From the NCBI GenBank assembly GCA_028687915.1, contig JAQTZF010000001.1:802634-866633 (forward strand): 64,000 bases of DNA, read 5' to 3'. A program made the translations under genes and the position numbers. Below, piece after piece: positions 51,317 through 59,785 of this stretch (the stretch's first letter is position 1; each line of letters begins with the position of its first letter). Under the pieces are notes generated by a model. That model was not told the origin of the DNA and ran no database searches. It saw only the letters and a program-made list of their open reading frames with translations. The stretch comes from Candidatus Daviesbacteria bacterium (lineage in GTDB: Bacteria > Patescibacteriota > Microgenomatia > Daviesbacterales > UBA10151).

Positions 51317-53875
51317 TTATTCTCCTCCTTTATTGTAATTATTTTGTAAACAAGAGTAATCTACAGAATTAACCCGTGAGTCAGTATTTAAATCAGCAGT
51401 CCTGCTAACATCACTATTTAATGCCCACTCTCTAGACATTTCTCCTTTATCAAAAGCATTAACCTTATTATCAGGAGCAGCCACCGGATAAATATCTCCC
51501 ACATATAAAATTATATCACCCAAATTAGTAGTACCTTCTTCTGCTATAAACTCTACTTTTCTACTAACTGTTTTTGGTGCTTTAAGGCTTAAGACATACG
51601 TTTTTCCAATTTCTATACCAGGGGTAAAATCAACTGGTTTACCTTCTTTATCTATATTAATTTTCTTCTTGATAAGTGATTTAGCACCATCAACTTTTTC
51701 TTTAATTTCAACAGCCACATCTGTTGCTGATAAGTCACCAGATTGTGCTAAACAGGTAGTTTTCTCAGTAAAATCAACAGTGGTTAAATCCAATGAACAA
51801 TAGCCATTTATCACTGTACCATCATCAGTAGTTAATACTATCTGATGCCTGCCTCCGGTTAACCTGTCATTTAGGCTGGATTTAATCTCATACCTTGTAT
51901 CTTTATTAGAAGATACTGGAGTAGCGGATAGAGTAGCAGATGAAGTTGAACTTGTATCTTTTCCTAAAGAAACCCAGGAACTAATATTAGCCTGCTTGCC
52001 TTCAACTTTAATATTTCCGGTACCCTGATCATCGTGTAAGCCAAAGTTTATTCCCCTAACAGTTACTAAAGTTCCGGTACCAATAGGACTAAAGGTACAA
52101 TTAGCTGAAGTTATCCTTGGTTCTCCACCAATATACTTAATACTCTTTGAGGTTACTGTGCTTTTATTATCTTTATTATCTTTAAACTGACAAAACAAAG
52201 TTAAATTTCCACCTGGAACAACATTATAAGTAAATTCTTTTGTGAATGTGATAGGAGCACCAGATCCATCTCTATTTCTATATGGCTCCCATTGTGGGGC
52301 GCTGCTACCAGTATCATCTTTATCAAAGCTTTGTTCAGAACACCTATATTCTGTGGTATAAGTTGGAACTGGTGGAGGAGTTGGGGTTACATAGGTAATC
52401 TGGCGGGAGAAAACCTGACTGGTTGTTTCATCTGGCTTTTTAAATTGAACACAAACATTATAAACCTTACCAACAACAGGATTTGCTAATTGATAATTAT
52501 TAATTGATAGGGCATCTGTATTACCAGCAGCCGCATAAGATTCCCATGTAGGGGAAGCATCGCCTGCATTAAAACAGGCATCACCAACTGTGTAACGATA
52601 TTGATAAGTCCTGTCTGTAGGAGCGGCCGTAACGGTTGGTGGTGGTGTTGATGTAGTACTACTGGTTATATCAACAACTTTCCAGCCAACATTTTGACCA
52701 CCACAACTAAAATCTGATATTGTTCCACAATCAACGCATTGGCTTGCAGGTGAACCTAAAGAAGCTGCTGGGCAAGTAGAAGCTCCATACCATTTACAAA
52801 AAGGATTGCCGGAACACCAAACTCTTGGTGCACCACCTATACCAAGTTTGTAGGCTTGGTATTCTGTAGAAGCAGTAGAAACAAAAGGATTAATATAATA
52901 CCTGCCAGTAGACCTGGGGGTCCATTTGGCTGTAAGTATATATCTGTTTTCACCTGTAGTAAAAGTTGACTGATTAAAGGTAAATCCTTTTACGCCAAAA
53001 TTACAATATTGCCTATTAACATTATCTATAGTTGCAGGACTACCTCCACTTGCAACACAATCTGGATTAGGAACATTGTTATTATGATCTTGATCTGCCC
53101 GAACCCAAAGAAGACTTGTTGATAATAGACCGCCCAGTACACTAGTATTAGCAGTTGAGGTAAAGGAGAGCTCTTGACCCACCACACCGCTACTAGGACC
53201 TTCAACAGAGGCGCTGATGGCAGGATTTGTTCCATCTGGATTTCTAGCAGGTGCTCCAGAAGCTATGGATTGTCTAGTAAACCAAACATGATTCCATCTA
53301 CAATTACCCCAGTCATCTGTAGATGATGTTGGTTTCCTAACAGCTTTAATTTCAATTGACTGATCATTAGAAGGTGTTGCAAAAGTTCCTTGCTGAATAG
53401 GTACGCCACATTCATTACCAAGATTATCAGTCACTTTATGAAACCATTTGGTTAACTTAAAATTAGGGTCATCAACATGAATAGAAACTCTTGTTGGTAC
53501 ACCATCTACTGTACCCAAAGGAATACTTATACGTTCAAAAGTATAAAAAGGTTCATCATGGACAAAAGTGCTACCTTTTCCAGAAGGGTCAGGGTTGCAG
53601 CCACTGGAAAATGAATCACCATCAGATCCTTGACTCCATGTCACTTTATAAGTTGGAGTACCTTGACAAGCAGGGCCACCACAAGAACCGCCAATTATTT
53701 TTCTCTGATTAGTACAGCTACCATAAAGTGATGGATTCTCATCTGTCACCTGACCAAGTAAAACAGCACCCTCTCGTGAGCCATTCCAAACAGCAGATGC
53801 TTTTTGGGCAGAAAAAATAAAAAAGACAACCAATATTAAACTAAATAAATATGTAAATACTTTAATTTTTTTCAT
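51317..53875 (-). CDS. Large secreted Cys-rich multidomain protein with an IPT/TIG-like domain and a C-terminal dockerin-like domain
   Basis: Signal peptide; GTLVTVRGINFG (IPT-like); GD..DNKVNAFD..ADLNTDSRVNSVDYS (paired Ca-binding dockerin repeats). Confidence 0.72.
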   Translation of the reverse strand: MKKIKVFTYLFSLILVVFFIFSAQKASAVWNGSREGAVLLGQVTDENPSLYGSCTNQRKIIGGSCGGPACQGTPTYKVTWSQGSDGDSFSSGCNPDPSGKGSTFVHDEPFYTFERISIPLGTVDGVPTRVSIHVDDPNFKLTKWFHKVTDNLGNECGVPIQQGTFATPSNDQSIEIKAVRKPTSSTDDWGNCRWNHVWFTRQSIASGAPARNPDGTNPAISASVEGPSSGVVGQELSFTSTANTSVLGGLLSTSLLWVRADQDHNNNVPNPDCVASGGSPATIDNVNRQYCNFGVKGFTFNQSTFTTGENRYILTAKWTPRSTGRYYINPFVSTASTEYQAYKLGIGGAPRVWCSGNPFCKWYGASTCPAASLGSPASQCVDCGTISDFSCGGQNVGWKVVDITSSTTSTPPPTVTAAPTDRTYQYRYTVGDACFNAGDASPTWESYAAAGNTDALSINNYQLANPVVGKVYNVCVQFKKPDETTSQVFSRQITYVTPTPPPVPTYTTEYRCSEQSFDKDDTGSSAPQWEPYRNRDGSGAPITFTKEFTYNVVPGGNLTLFCQFKDNKDNKSTVTSKSIKYIGGEPRITSANCTFSPIGTGTLVTVRGINFGLHDDQGTGNIKVEGKQANISSWVSLGKDTSSTSSATLSATPVSSNKDTRYEIKSSLNDRLTGGRHQIVLTTDDGTVINGYCSLDLTTVDFTEKTTCLAQSGDLSATDVAVEIKEKVDGAKSLIKKKINIDKEGKPVDFTPGIEIGKTYVLSLKAPKTVSRKVEFIAEEGTTNLGDIILYVGDIYPVAAPDNKVNAFDKGEMSREWALNSDVSRTADLNTDSRVNSVDYSCLQNNYNKGGE

Positions 53876-54567
53876 TAGTGTTGCGGTGGCATCTCCAGTC
53901 TATCATTTGGTCCACATCGTGGGTTTTGTGAAATAGTTGCAACCGGATTACCACTACAATAAACCATACCATTAAATGTCTGAGCATTAGCTACAATATA
54001 ATAACGTTGGTTATCATTTGGATATGCCCATGTACCTGTAGCAGTACAAGTACTAGCCCCAGCACAGTCATTATTAACACCTATTAAAGTCCAGGAGTTT
54101 GGATCTTTTAAATCTTTAGCTTGATTGGCTACATATACCCATGCTTTTCGCAGATTTACTCCTGTTGCAGTTGTAGTATATGTATTACCAGATACCGATA
54201 ATGAAGCAGAAAGACCCGGAGCTGGAGTAGAGGTTGGAACTGATGTAGTAGTAGGAGTTGGGCTAGCTGAAGGAGTTGGTGCTTGAGTTCCAGTTGGATT
54301 CCCGCCCGAGCCAGGAGCTCCATAAGGACCATATGGGGAATGAAAAGTTATATTTACCTTAGGATCAGTGGTTTTACATCCACTTGCAATGCAATCAAAT
54401 ACCCCAGATCCACTAATTTCTATTGTTTCTCCTGCTGCTTTTGGTTTAAAAAGTTGTGTTTGTTGAACTAAATAAACTCCAATCGGAATTGATAAGGCAA
54501 TAAGACCTAAAATAATAGCAGAAGTAATATTTTTTTTCGTCAGAAGATAATTTAATGAGTCATTCAT
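53875..54567 (-). CDS. Surface protein with a TM-QQTQLFKPKA motif, PT linker and CSGNP domain
   Basis: Shares a W..RYYI..CSGNP module with the 852-aa neighbour. Confidence 0.65.
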   Translation of the reverse strand: MNDSLNYLLTKKNITSAIILGLIALSIPIGVYLVQQTQLFKPKAAGETIEISGSGVFDCIASGCKTTDPKVNITFHSPYGPYGAPGSGGNPTGTQAPTPSASPTPTTTSVPTSTPAPGLSASLSVSGNTYTTTATGVNLRKAWVYVANQAKDLKDPNSWTLIGVNNDCAGASTCTATGTWAYPNDNQRYYIVANAQTFNGMVYCSGNPVATISQNPRCGPNDRLEMPPQH

Positions 54568-54813
54568 CTATAATAGGGCATTAAGATCTAGATTAGAGTA
54601 AAAGGGCAAGTAATGTCAAGCACAGGCAGTGAATCAACAGGTAAGGGAATCGGCAGATCAGCAAGATCAGTGTATCAGAGAAGACTTTATATTGTGCGAC
54701 AACGATTATATTCAGATAGATCAGATAGAACCGGAAAGATACCAGTTTAAACTAAAGAATATCTATTTAAAATCATAAAGATCAAAAAGATACACACTAA
54801 ACATATATAAAAT

Positions 54814-54881
54814 GTCATTCTGAGCATAAGCGAAGAATCAATACTTATGAGATCCTTCGTCATTTTATTCCTCAGGATGAC
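54814..54881. repeat. REP-like composite palindrome, copy 2 (inverted relative to copy 1)
   Basis: Reverse complement GTCATCCTGAGGAATAAAATGACGAAGGATCTC..GATTCTTCGCTTATGCTCAGAATGAC matches 1473-1544. Confidence 0.85.
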
Positions 54882-54903
54882 AAGAACGTATTTATTAGAA
54901 CAT

Positions 54904-55179
54904 TCAACAAAGATCATCCCAGTTAGGGTTTTTAGATTCAATAAGCTTTATTTTCTTAATTCTTAGCCATCCTTTAATGCGTTTTTCAGCAGAAATTGCA
55001 TCATTAACATCTGTAAATTCCTCATAATAAACAAGCTTATTTAAGTTGTATTTATGGGTAAAACTAGGAATTAGTTTTATTTTATGTTCATGAATTCTTC
55101 TTTGAATATTATTAGTAACTCCCGTATATAAAACATTATTTGATTTGTTAGTTAGTATATAAACGAAAAAACTTCTCAT
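54904..55179 (-). CDS. Small standalone GIY-YIG nuclease (UPF0213/COG2827-like)
   Basis: FVYIL..VLYTGVTNNIQRRIHEHK..FT.KY..LVYYE..AISAEKRIKGW.R.KKI.LI..NP.W.DL. Confidence 0.92.
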   Translation of the reverse strand: MRSFFVYILTNKSNNVLYTGVTNNIQRRIHEHKIKLIPSFTHKYNLNKLVYYEEFTDVNDAISAEKRIKGWLRIKKIKLIESKNPNWDDLC

Positions 55180-55213
55180 AAATTTATACTCTCAAACATA
55201 AACTACCAGTCAA

Positions 55214-55240
55214 GAGATGTTTCGCTTTGCTCAACATGAC
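55214..55240. repeat. REP-like half element upstream of the GIY-YIG gene
   Basis: GAGATGTTTCGCTTTGCTCAACATGAC, a variant of the right arm AGATTCTTCGCTTATCGCTCAGAATGAC. Confidence 0.7.
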
Positions 55241-55245
55241 GCTTT

Positions 55246-55346
55246 AAGGCTCCGTAGCCATGAGGCGCTACAATGGCCCTAAACCGGCTGGAAAGCAGGG
55301 CAGTGCTATGGTAAGCTATCCATAGTTTAGGCTGTCCTAAAGCCCC
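55246..55346 (-). ncRNA. Candidate ~100-nt structured RNA of unknown class
   Basis: GC-rich island with a TTGAGT-16-TATAAT promoter ending 6 nt before GGGGC. Closing stem GGGGCUUU/GGAGCCUU (G-U pairs work only on the minus strand); inner stems CCUAAAC/GUUUAGG, CUAUGG/CCAUAG and GUAGC/GCUAC. Confidence 0.6.
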
Positions 55347-55506
55347 AAGCTAATTATATAGAAAAACAATAAAAACTCAAAAACAGATAAGAAAATTATT
55401 GAAGAAAAGTAGCAAAATATGGCACAAATAAATACTACTTAAAAACCAATAAAAATTGATTCAGGTACAAATTTATATATTTTTACCTCTCCTCCGGCTA
55501 GCCTCC

Positions 55507-55540
55507 ACGACGTCGTATAAGATACATTGTGCGACGTCGT
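55507..55540. other. dif-like Xer recombination site
   Basis: ACGACGTCGTATAA-GATACA-TTGTGCGACGTCGT: arms 12/14 complementary around a 6-bp spacer. The minus strand CGCACAA-TGTATC-TTATACG resembles the dif core CGCATAA-TGTATA-TTATG. Confidence 0.65.
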
Positions 55541-55850
55541 AATTGGGAAGTAAACTTACTCACTACATTCAGAGTAGAGCTAAGGCTAAATTAGGAGTAG
55601 TTTGTGGCTTCTATTCTTCTTATTTAGCCTCATTTTATGTATCTAAAGCAACCCCTGCCTCTCCTCCGTACTAGTAACTACTTATCTTTTCACGCGTGAA
55701 AATAGATGTTAGCAGTCTTACAGTTACTGTAGTAAGTTTAGCTTCAAAAAGAGAGTACTCCACTCCTGAATATATTTGCTAAAAAATGTATATTTATTGA
55801 GGCTAAATTGAAGCTACAGAAAAAGTCCAGAGAACACTATACCCTATAGT

Positions 55851-55871
55851 TTAGCCACAAAGTTATCCACA
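55851..55871 (+). promoter_or_regulatory. One perfect and one 1-mismatch DnaA-box-like 9-mer
   Basis: TTAGCCACA (55851) and TTATCCACA (55863). Confidence 0.35.
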
Positions 55872-56022
55872 ACTGTCCTCTATCTGTATCAGACTATATC
55901 AAATATACTATCCTATAGTTTTTTATATTCACGAAATCTTATTTTTGATCAAAGGTATCAAACTATATCATTTGAAGCTAAAAATACCACTTCCCCTCTT
56001 CTCCACCTTCTTGCTCTGAATT

Positions 56023-56862
56023 TTATCCTGTCCAGGAAGTTGTTAAAACTGCAATTAAGAATACCCCCAAACCCCAGCCCAAAAATTGCCAAACGTCTAC
56101 TCTATTCAACCTGTCTTTTAGGGTGTGTGTAGCAATACCAAGAGTCACATAAAGTCCGGTTGAAATTATGAGTGATGACATAGGTTTAGCAATTGGCCAA
56201 AATGATAAAGAGAGCGCCATCTCCCCCACAATTAAAGCTAAAATTGCAGACCATACTAAAATAAAGCTGTTTAAGCCTTCCATATCCAAAGACCAAATTA
56301 CCTGTAAAATCAATGGAAAACTTATTAAAAATACTGCTACCCCATTCCAGATAAAAAATAAGTTTAGAGAAAAGACTACATTAAACAACATATAAGCAGT
56401 TATTAATGTCAGAACAAATACAGTAGTAGATGCTACACGATATAAAGGTATAGTTCTAATAGATGCAACATTAAATACATTTTGAGAAAGCAACAAAGTA
56501 TAGAATACCAATCCAAAGGCAATAGCTACAGGAAATCTGGTTAGCCATCTTACTGGTAACAAAAAATAATAGCTTGCAACAGCCAGAGTGAATGCAGTTG
56601 GTAAGATCATCAATACTATTGCTTTAAGACTGTTTAGACCCTCCCACAGAGCCCAAATAGATAAAGCAAATGCTAAAAGTGCCAGCCCTGCAATAAAGCG
56701 GTAAGTTAGATAAAATGGAACTAATTGTGTGGACAATAATCCAAAAGATAAAACAATAGAAACAATAATTATCTTATGGCGTTTACCCAAAGATAATCTT
56801 TCATGGCTTAAAGCAATAAAAACCTTAATTATGTAATCACTTACTCTAAAAATAAAATTCAT
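56023..56862 (-). CDS. Polytopic membrane protein (conserved CPR-type hypothetical)
   Basis: Many TM helices; NVFNVASIRTIPLYRVA; ATGA overlap with ruvC. Confidence 0.7.
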   Translation of the reverse strand: MNFIFRVSDYIIKVFIALSHERLSLGKRHKIIIVSIVLSFGLLSTQLVPFYLTYRFIAGLALLAFALSIWALWEGLNSLKAIVLMILPTAFTLAVASYYFLLPVRWLTRFPVAIAFGLVFYTLLLSQNVFNVASIRTIPLYRVASTTVFVLTLITAYMLFNVVFSLNLFFIWNGVAVFLISFPLILQVIWSLDMEGLNSFILVWSAILALIVGEMALSLSFWPIAKPMSSLIISTGLYVTLGIATHTLKDRLNRVDVWQFLGWGLGVFLIAVLTTSWTG

Positions 56863-57410
56863 TTCGCGACTAATTTTAGAACATGACAAATAGCAATAGC
56901 AAGTGCATCAACCGCATCATCAGAAAATTTCTTATCTCTTCTTGCTACACCGGACATTGGTTTTAAAAGTTCACGGGTTTTATTACCATTTTTTCCCAAA
57001 AACTTTCTTACCCCTTCATGAACTTCTTTTTTATCTGCCCTTCCCCCGCCTGCTACCATCAATTTTACCTGTGGACCTGTATATTCATGAATAGGAATAC
57101 TCCTCATCCCGGCAGAAAGCATTATGACTCCCCTGGCCTGACCTACTGAAATAGCAGTTCTGGTATTCGCCCCAAAAAATAACATCTCAATTACTATCAT
57201 ATCAGGCTTAAACTTATCTACAATCTTTTCTAACTCATGATGTAAAACAACTAATCTTTTTTCCATCACCTGATCTTTTTCTGTAGTGATAAAACCATAA
57301 TCAACCAATTCCAGATCATAGTTAAATTCCCGTTCCAAAATATCATCAGGAATTTTTATTAAACCATAACCAGTCGTCGCTGTTCCGGGATCAATGCCAA
57401 GTATTATCAT
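56859..57410 (-). CDS. ruvC: Holliday junction resolvase RuvC
   Basis: ILGIDPG, E.LFF, VGQARGV, GRADK and DDAVDALAIAICH. Confidence 0.95.
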   Translation of the reverse strand: MIILGIDPGTATTGYGLIKIPDDILEREFNYDLELVDYGFITTEKDQVMEKRLVVLHHELEKIVDKFKPDMIVIEMLFFGANTRTAISVGQARGVIMLSAGMRSIPIHEYTGPQVKLMVAGGGRADKKEVHEGVRKFLGKNGNKTRELLKPMSGVARRDKKFSDDAVDALAIAICHVLKLVAK

Positions 57411-57423
57411 AGATGTTAAATCA

Positions 57424-58167
57424 CTATATCAGAATATCAAAGTTTGCGTAGACTTTATGAATATCTTCATGTTCTTCTAATTTCTCTGTAAAATTCATTA
57501 CCCTTTCCGCTAAACCTTCATCTTTAATTTCCACAACTATATTTGGTTTGTAGATTACTTCAGCCTCTTCTACTTCATATCCAGCCTGAGTAATTTTTGT
57601 ACTCATAGTATTTAACTCTGGGCTATCTACATATACTAAATACATCTTATTGCCCTCATCTTCAAAATCTTCAATATCATTTGCTCCAAGATCTATTAAC
57701 TCTAAAGTTTCCTCATCAATACTCTGACCTTTGCTTTTTACTTTTATCTCCCCTGTCTTATCAAACATATATGCAGTAGAACCAGGTACTCCTAGAACTC
57801 CCCCATTCTTATCAAAAAAATGTTTAATTTCCTGATTAGTTCTTAATCTATTATCAGTAACTCCCTGGATATAAAAAGCTACTTTGCCAGGCCCAAATCC
57901 CTCATATGTAACTTCTTCCAGTGTTTGTCCTGGTAACTTTCCTAAACCACGGTCTATAGCCCTTTGAACATTCTCTTTTGGCATATTAACTTTCTTGGCA
58001 GCATCAAGCTCCATTCTTAATCTGGGATTAAAATTTGGATCACCGGAATTTCCCAATCTGGCTGCAATAGAGATAGCATTAGCTGTTTTGGTGAAAGTTG
58101 CGGAACGTTTTACATCGGCTGCACCTTTTGCACGCTTAATAGTTGACCACTTAGAATGTCCTGACAT
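57424..58167 (-). CDS. yebC: YebC/PmpR family protein
   Basis: MSGHSKWSTIKRAKG, YEGFGPG and TDN..RT. Confidence 0.95.
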   Translation of the reverse strand: MSGHSKWSTIKRAKGAADVKRSATFTKTANAISIAARLGNSGDPNFNPRLRMELDAAKKVNMPKENVQRAIDRGLGKLPGQTLEEVTYEGFGPGKVAFYIQGVTDNRLRTNQEIKHFFDKNGGVLGVPGSTAYMFDKTGEIKVKSKGQSIDEETLELIDLGANDIEDFEDEGNKMYLVYVDSPELNTMSTKITQAGYEVEEAEVIYKPNIVVEIKDEGLAERVMNFTEKLEEHEDIHKVYANFDILI

Positions 58168-58236
58168 ACGTTTAGATATTACTTGAATACTTCGGGATTG
58201 ACAAGGTGCTTGAAAACCCGATATACTCCTTTCTTG

Positions 58237-58977
58237 ATGACTGTCGACTCCAACAAATCTCTGCACCAACTAGCTATTAACGCTGCATTAAGTTCAAATT
58301 GGTTACAAGCCATTGATTTTAATTTAGAAATTTTGGCAGAAGAACCAAAAAGTGTTGAGGCTCTAAACAGGCTCGGAAGAGCTTACTTTGAGCTAGGTAA
58401 ATTACCAGAATCCAAAGAATCTTTTGATAAGTCATTAGCTTTTGACCCTTATAATCAAATCGCTGCTAAATTTATTAAAAGAATTGAAACTTGTAAAAAG
58501 AAAAATCCTAAAGCAAAAAGCAATAATGGAACCAACCATAATTGTGCTCAGGTTGATAGCGATTTATTTATTGAAGAACCAGGAAAAACAAAGTTAGTAT
58601 CCTTACTCAAGGTAGCTGAACCACAAAAACTATCTCTTCTATCACCTGGTGCACTCGTTAGTTTAATTATCAAAAATAAAGTCATTGCAATAACTGATCA
58701 GGATGAAGAATATTTAGGAGTATTACCTGATGATTTATCAAGATTGTTAGTTAGGCTTATTAATGGCGGAAATAAATATCAGGCCATTATTAAAACAGCC
58801 AAAATCAATGGGTTATCAATTTTAATAAGAGAAACATATCGCTCATCCAGATTTAAAAACCAACCATCATTCTTAGACAACTTAAATATGGCACAAACTT
58901 ATTCATCTGATAATATCGTAATCATTGATGATGAAGAAGATCCAGGCACTGAAAGTGATGAAGAAGAAAGAAGCTAA
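58237..58977 (+). CDS. TPR-repeat protein (CPR-conserved type)
   Basis: ALNRLGRAYFELG..A..FDPYNQIA and FIEEPGKTK; TTGACA-18-TATACT promoter upstream. Confidence 0.78.
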   Translation: MTVDSNKSLHQLAINAALSSNWLQAIDFNLEILAEEPKSVEALNRLGRAYFELGKLPESKESFDKSLAFDPYNQIAAKFIKRIETCKKKNPKAKSNNGTNHNCAQVDSDLFIEEPGKTKLVSLLKVAEPQKLSLLSPGALVSLIIKNKVIAITDQDEEYLGVLPDDLSRLLVRLINGGNKYQAIIKTAKINGLSILIRETYRSSRFKNQPSFLDNLNMAQTYSSDNIVIIDDEEDPGTESDEEERS

Positions 58978-58981
58978 TACT

Positions 58982-59767
58982 TTAACTTAATAAATCTTTT
59001 ATATCATCCACTCCCACAATAAAATGTCCACCTTCTTTATCCAATAAATGTTGTGGTAAAGATCTTTTTTGGTAATTTTTAATTATTTGTTCGCTTGAAT
59101 AAGATTGAGGAATAGCTAATAAGTTTGTTTGCTTAACCTGATTATCTATTTTAGATTTAATTTCTTGTGCCTTATTATTATCACCAGCAATCACAACTAC
59201 TCTAATTAAAGCTTTAAAAATTGGCTGTAACCCATTTTTTTCACATTTAGGCTGAATCACCAGCTGCCACCATAATTCCTCCTGATCAGATAAGGCAAGT
59301 GGTATATTAGCTAAATCTATAATAGGAGCATCAGATTTTTGATAAGCAATTGGTTTGTCTGATTTGTGAAAATCCTTTGAACTAACCTCCCATGCCAAGA
59401 TACCAGCTTGTAAGTGGTTGCTATATTTTAAACTATAATCTTCCAGCTCCACTAAATTTAGGATATCAGCAAATTGTTTTAAAATAATAACAGGTCCATA
59501 TATAACTAAAGCTTGTTTAGACCCTCTGTACAACCTTTCTAAAGAAACAATCAGCCTTTTTTGATCAATAATATGATCTATCTTCATTAATAATTCATCA
59601 GTCAAGCCTGCTTCATTTTTAATTAGATATAAAGAATAATGTGTGTCTGTATGAACTGGCGCTTCTGTGTAATCACGCATTGAACGAAATGCTAAAAATA
59701 GTGAAATAAAAATAACAATGAAAAACAATAATACCCAAATGATCATAATTACCCACAATGATACCAC
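58982..59767 (-). CDS. Hypothetical protein with an N-terminal TM
   Basis: 261-aa ORF; TM followed by RSMRDY. Confidence 0.6.
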   Translation of the reverse strand: MVSLWVIMIIWVLLFFIVIFISLFLAFRSMRDYTEAPVHTDTHYSLYLIKNEAGLTDELLMKIDHIIDQKRLIVSLERLYRGSKQALVIYGPVIILKQFADILNLVELEDYSLKYSNHLQAGILAWEVSSKDFHKSDKPIAYQKSDAPIIDLANIPLALSDQEELWWQLVIQPKCEKNGLQPIFKALIRVVVIAGDNNKAQEIKSKIDNQVKQTNLLAIPQSYSSEQIIKNYQKRSLPQHLLDKEGGHFIVGVDDIKDLLS

Positions 59768-59785
59768 AGAGAATGATTCTTAGAA

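Noticed and set aside
48762-54567. Prophage or integrative element driven by the tyrosine recombinase
   Set aside because: The protein looks like a housekeeping Xer; no phage, conjugation or att/tRNA features are adjacent.
54747-54941. 64-aa ORF downstream of the GIY-YIG gene
   Set aside because: It is a translation of the REP palindrome (VILRNKMTKDL..DSSLMLRMT) and overlaps the nuclease.
55246-55346. Assignment of the RNA candidate to SRP RNA, tmRNA, tRNA, twister, pistol or a c-di-GMP riboswitch
   Set aside because: Only fragmentary resemblance; the defining motifs or pairings are absent on the promoter-supported strand.
55851-55871. oriC call from DnaA boxes
   Set aside because: Only one perfect box, no dnaA/dnaN nearby, and a dif-like site 300 bp away argues for the terminus.
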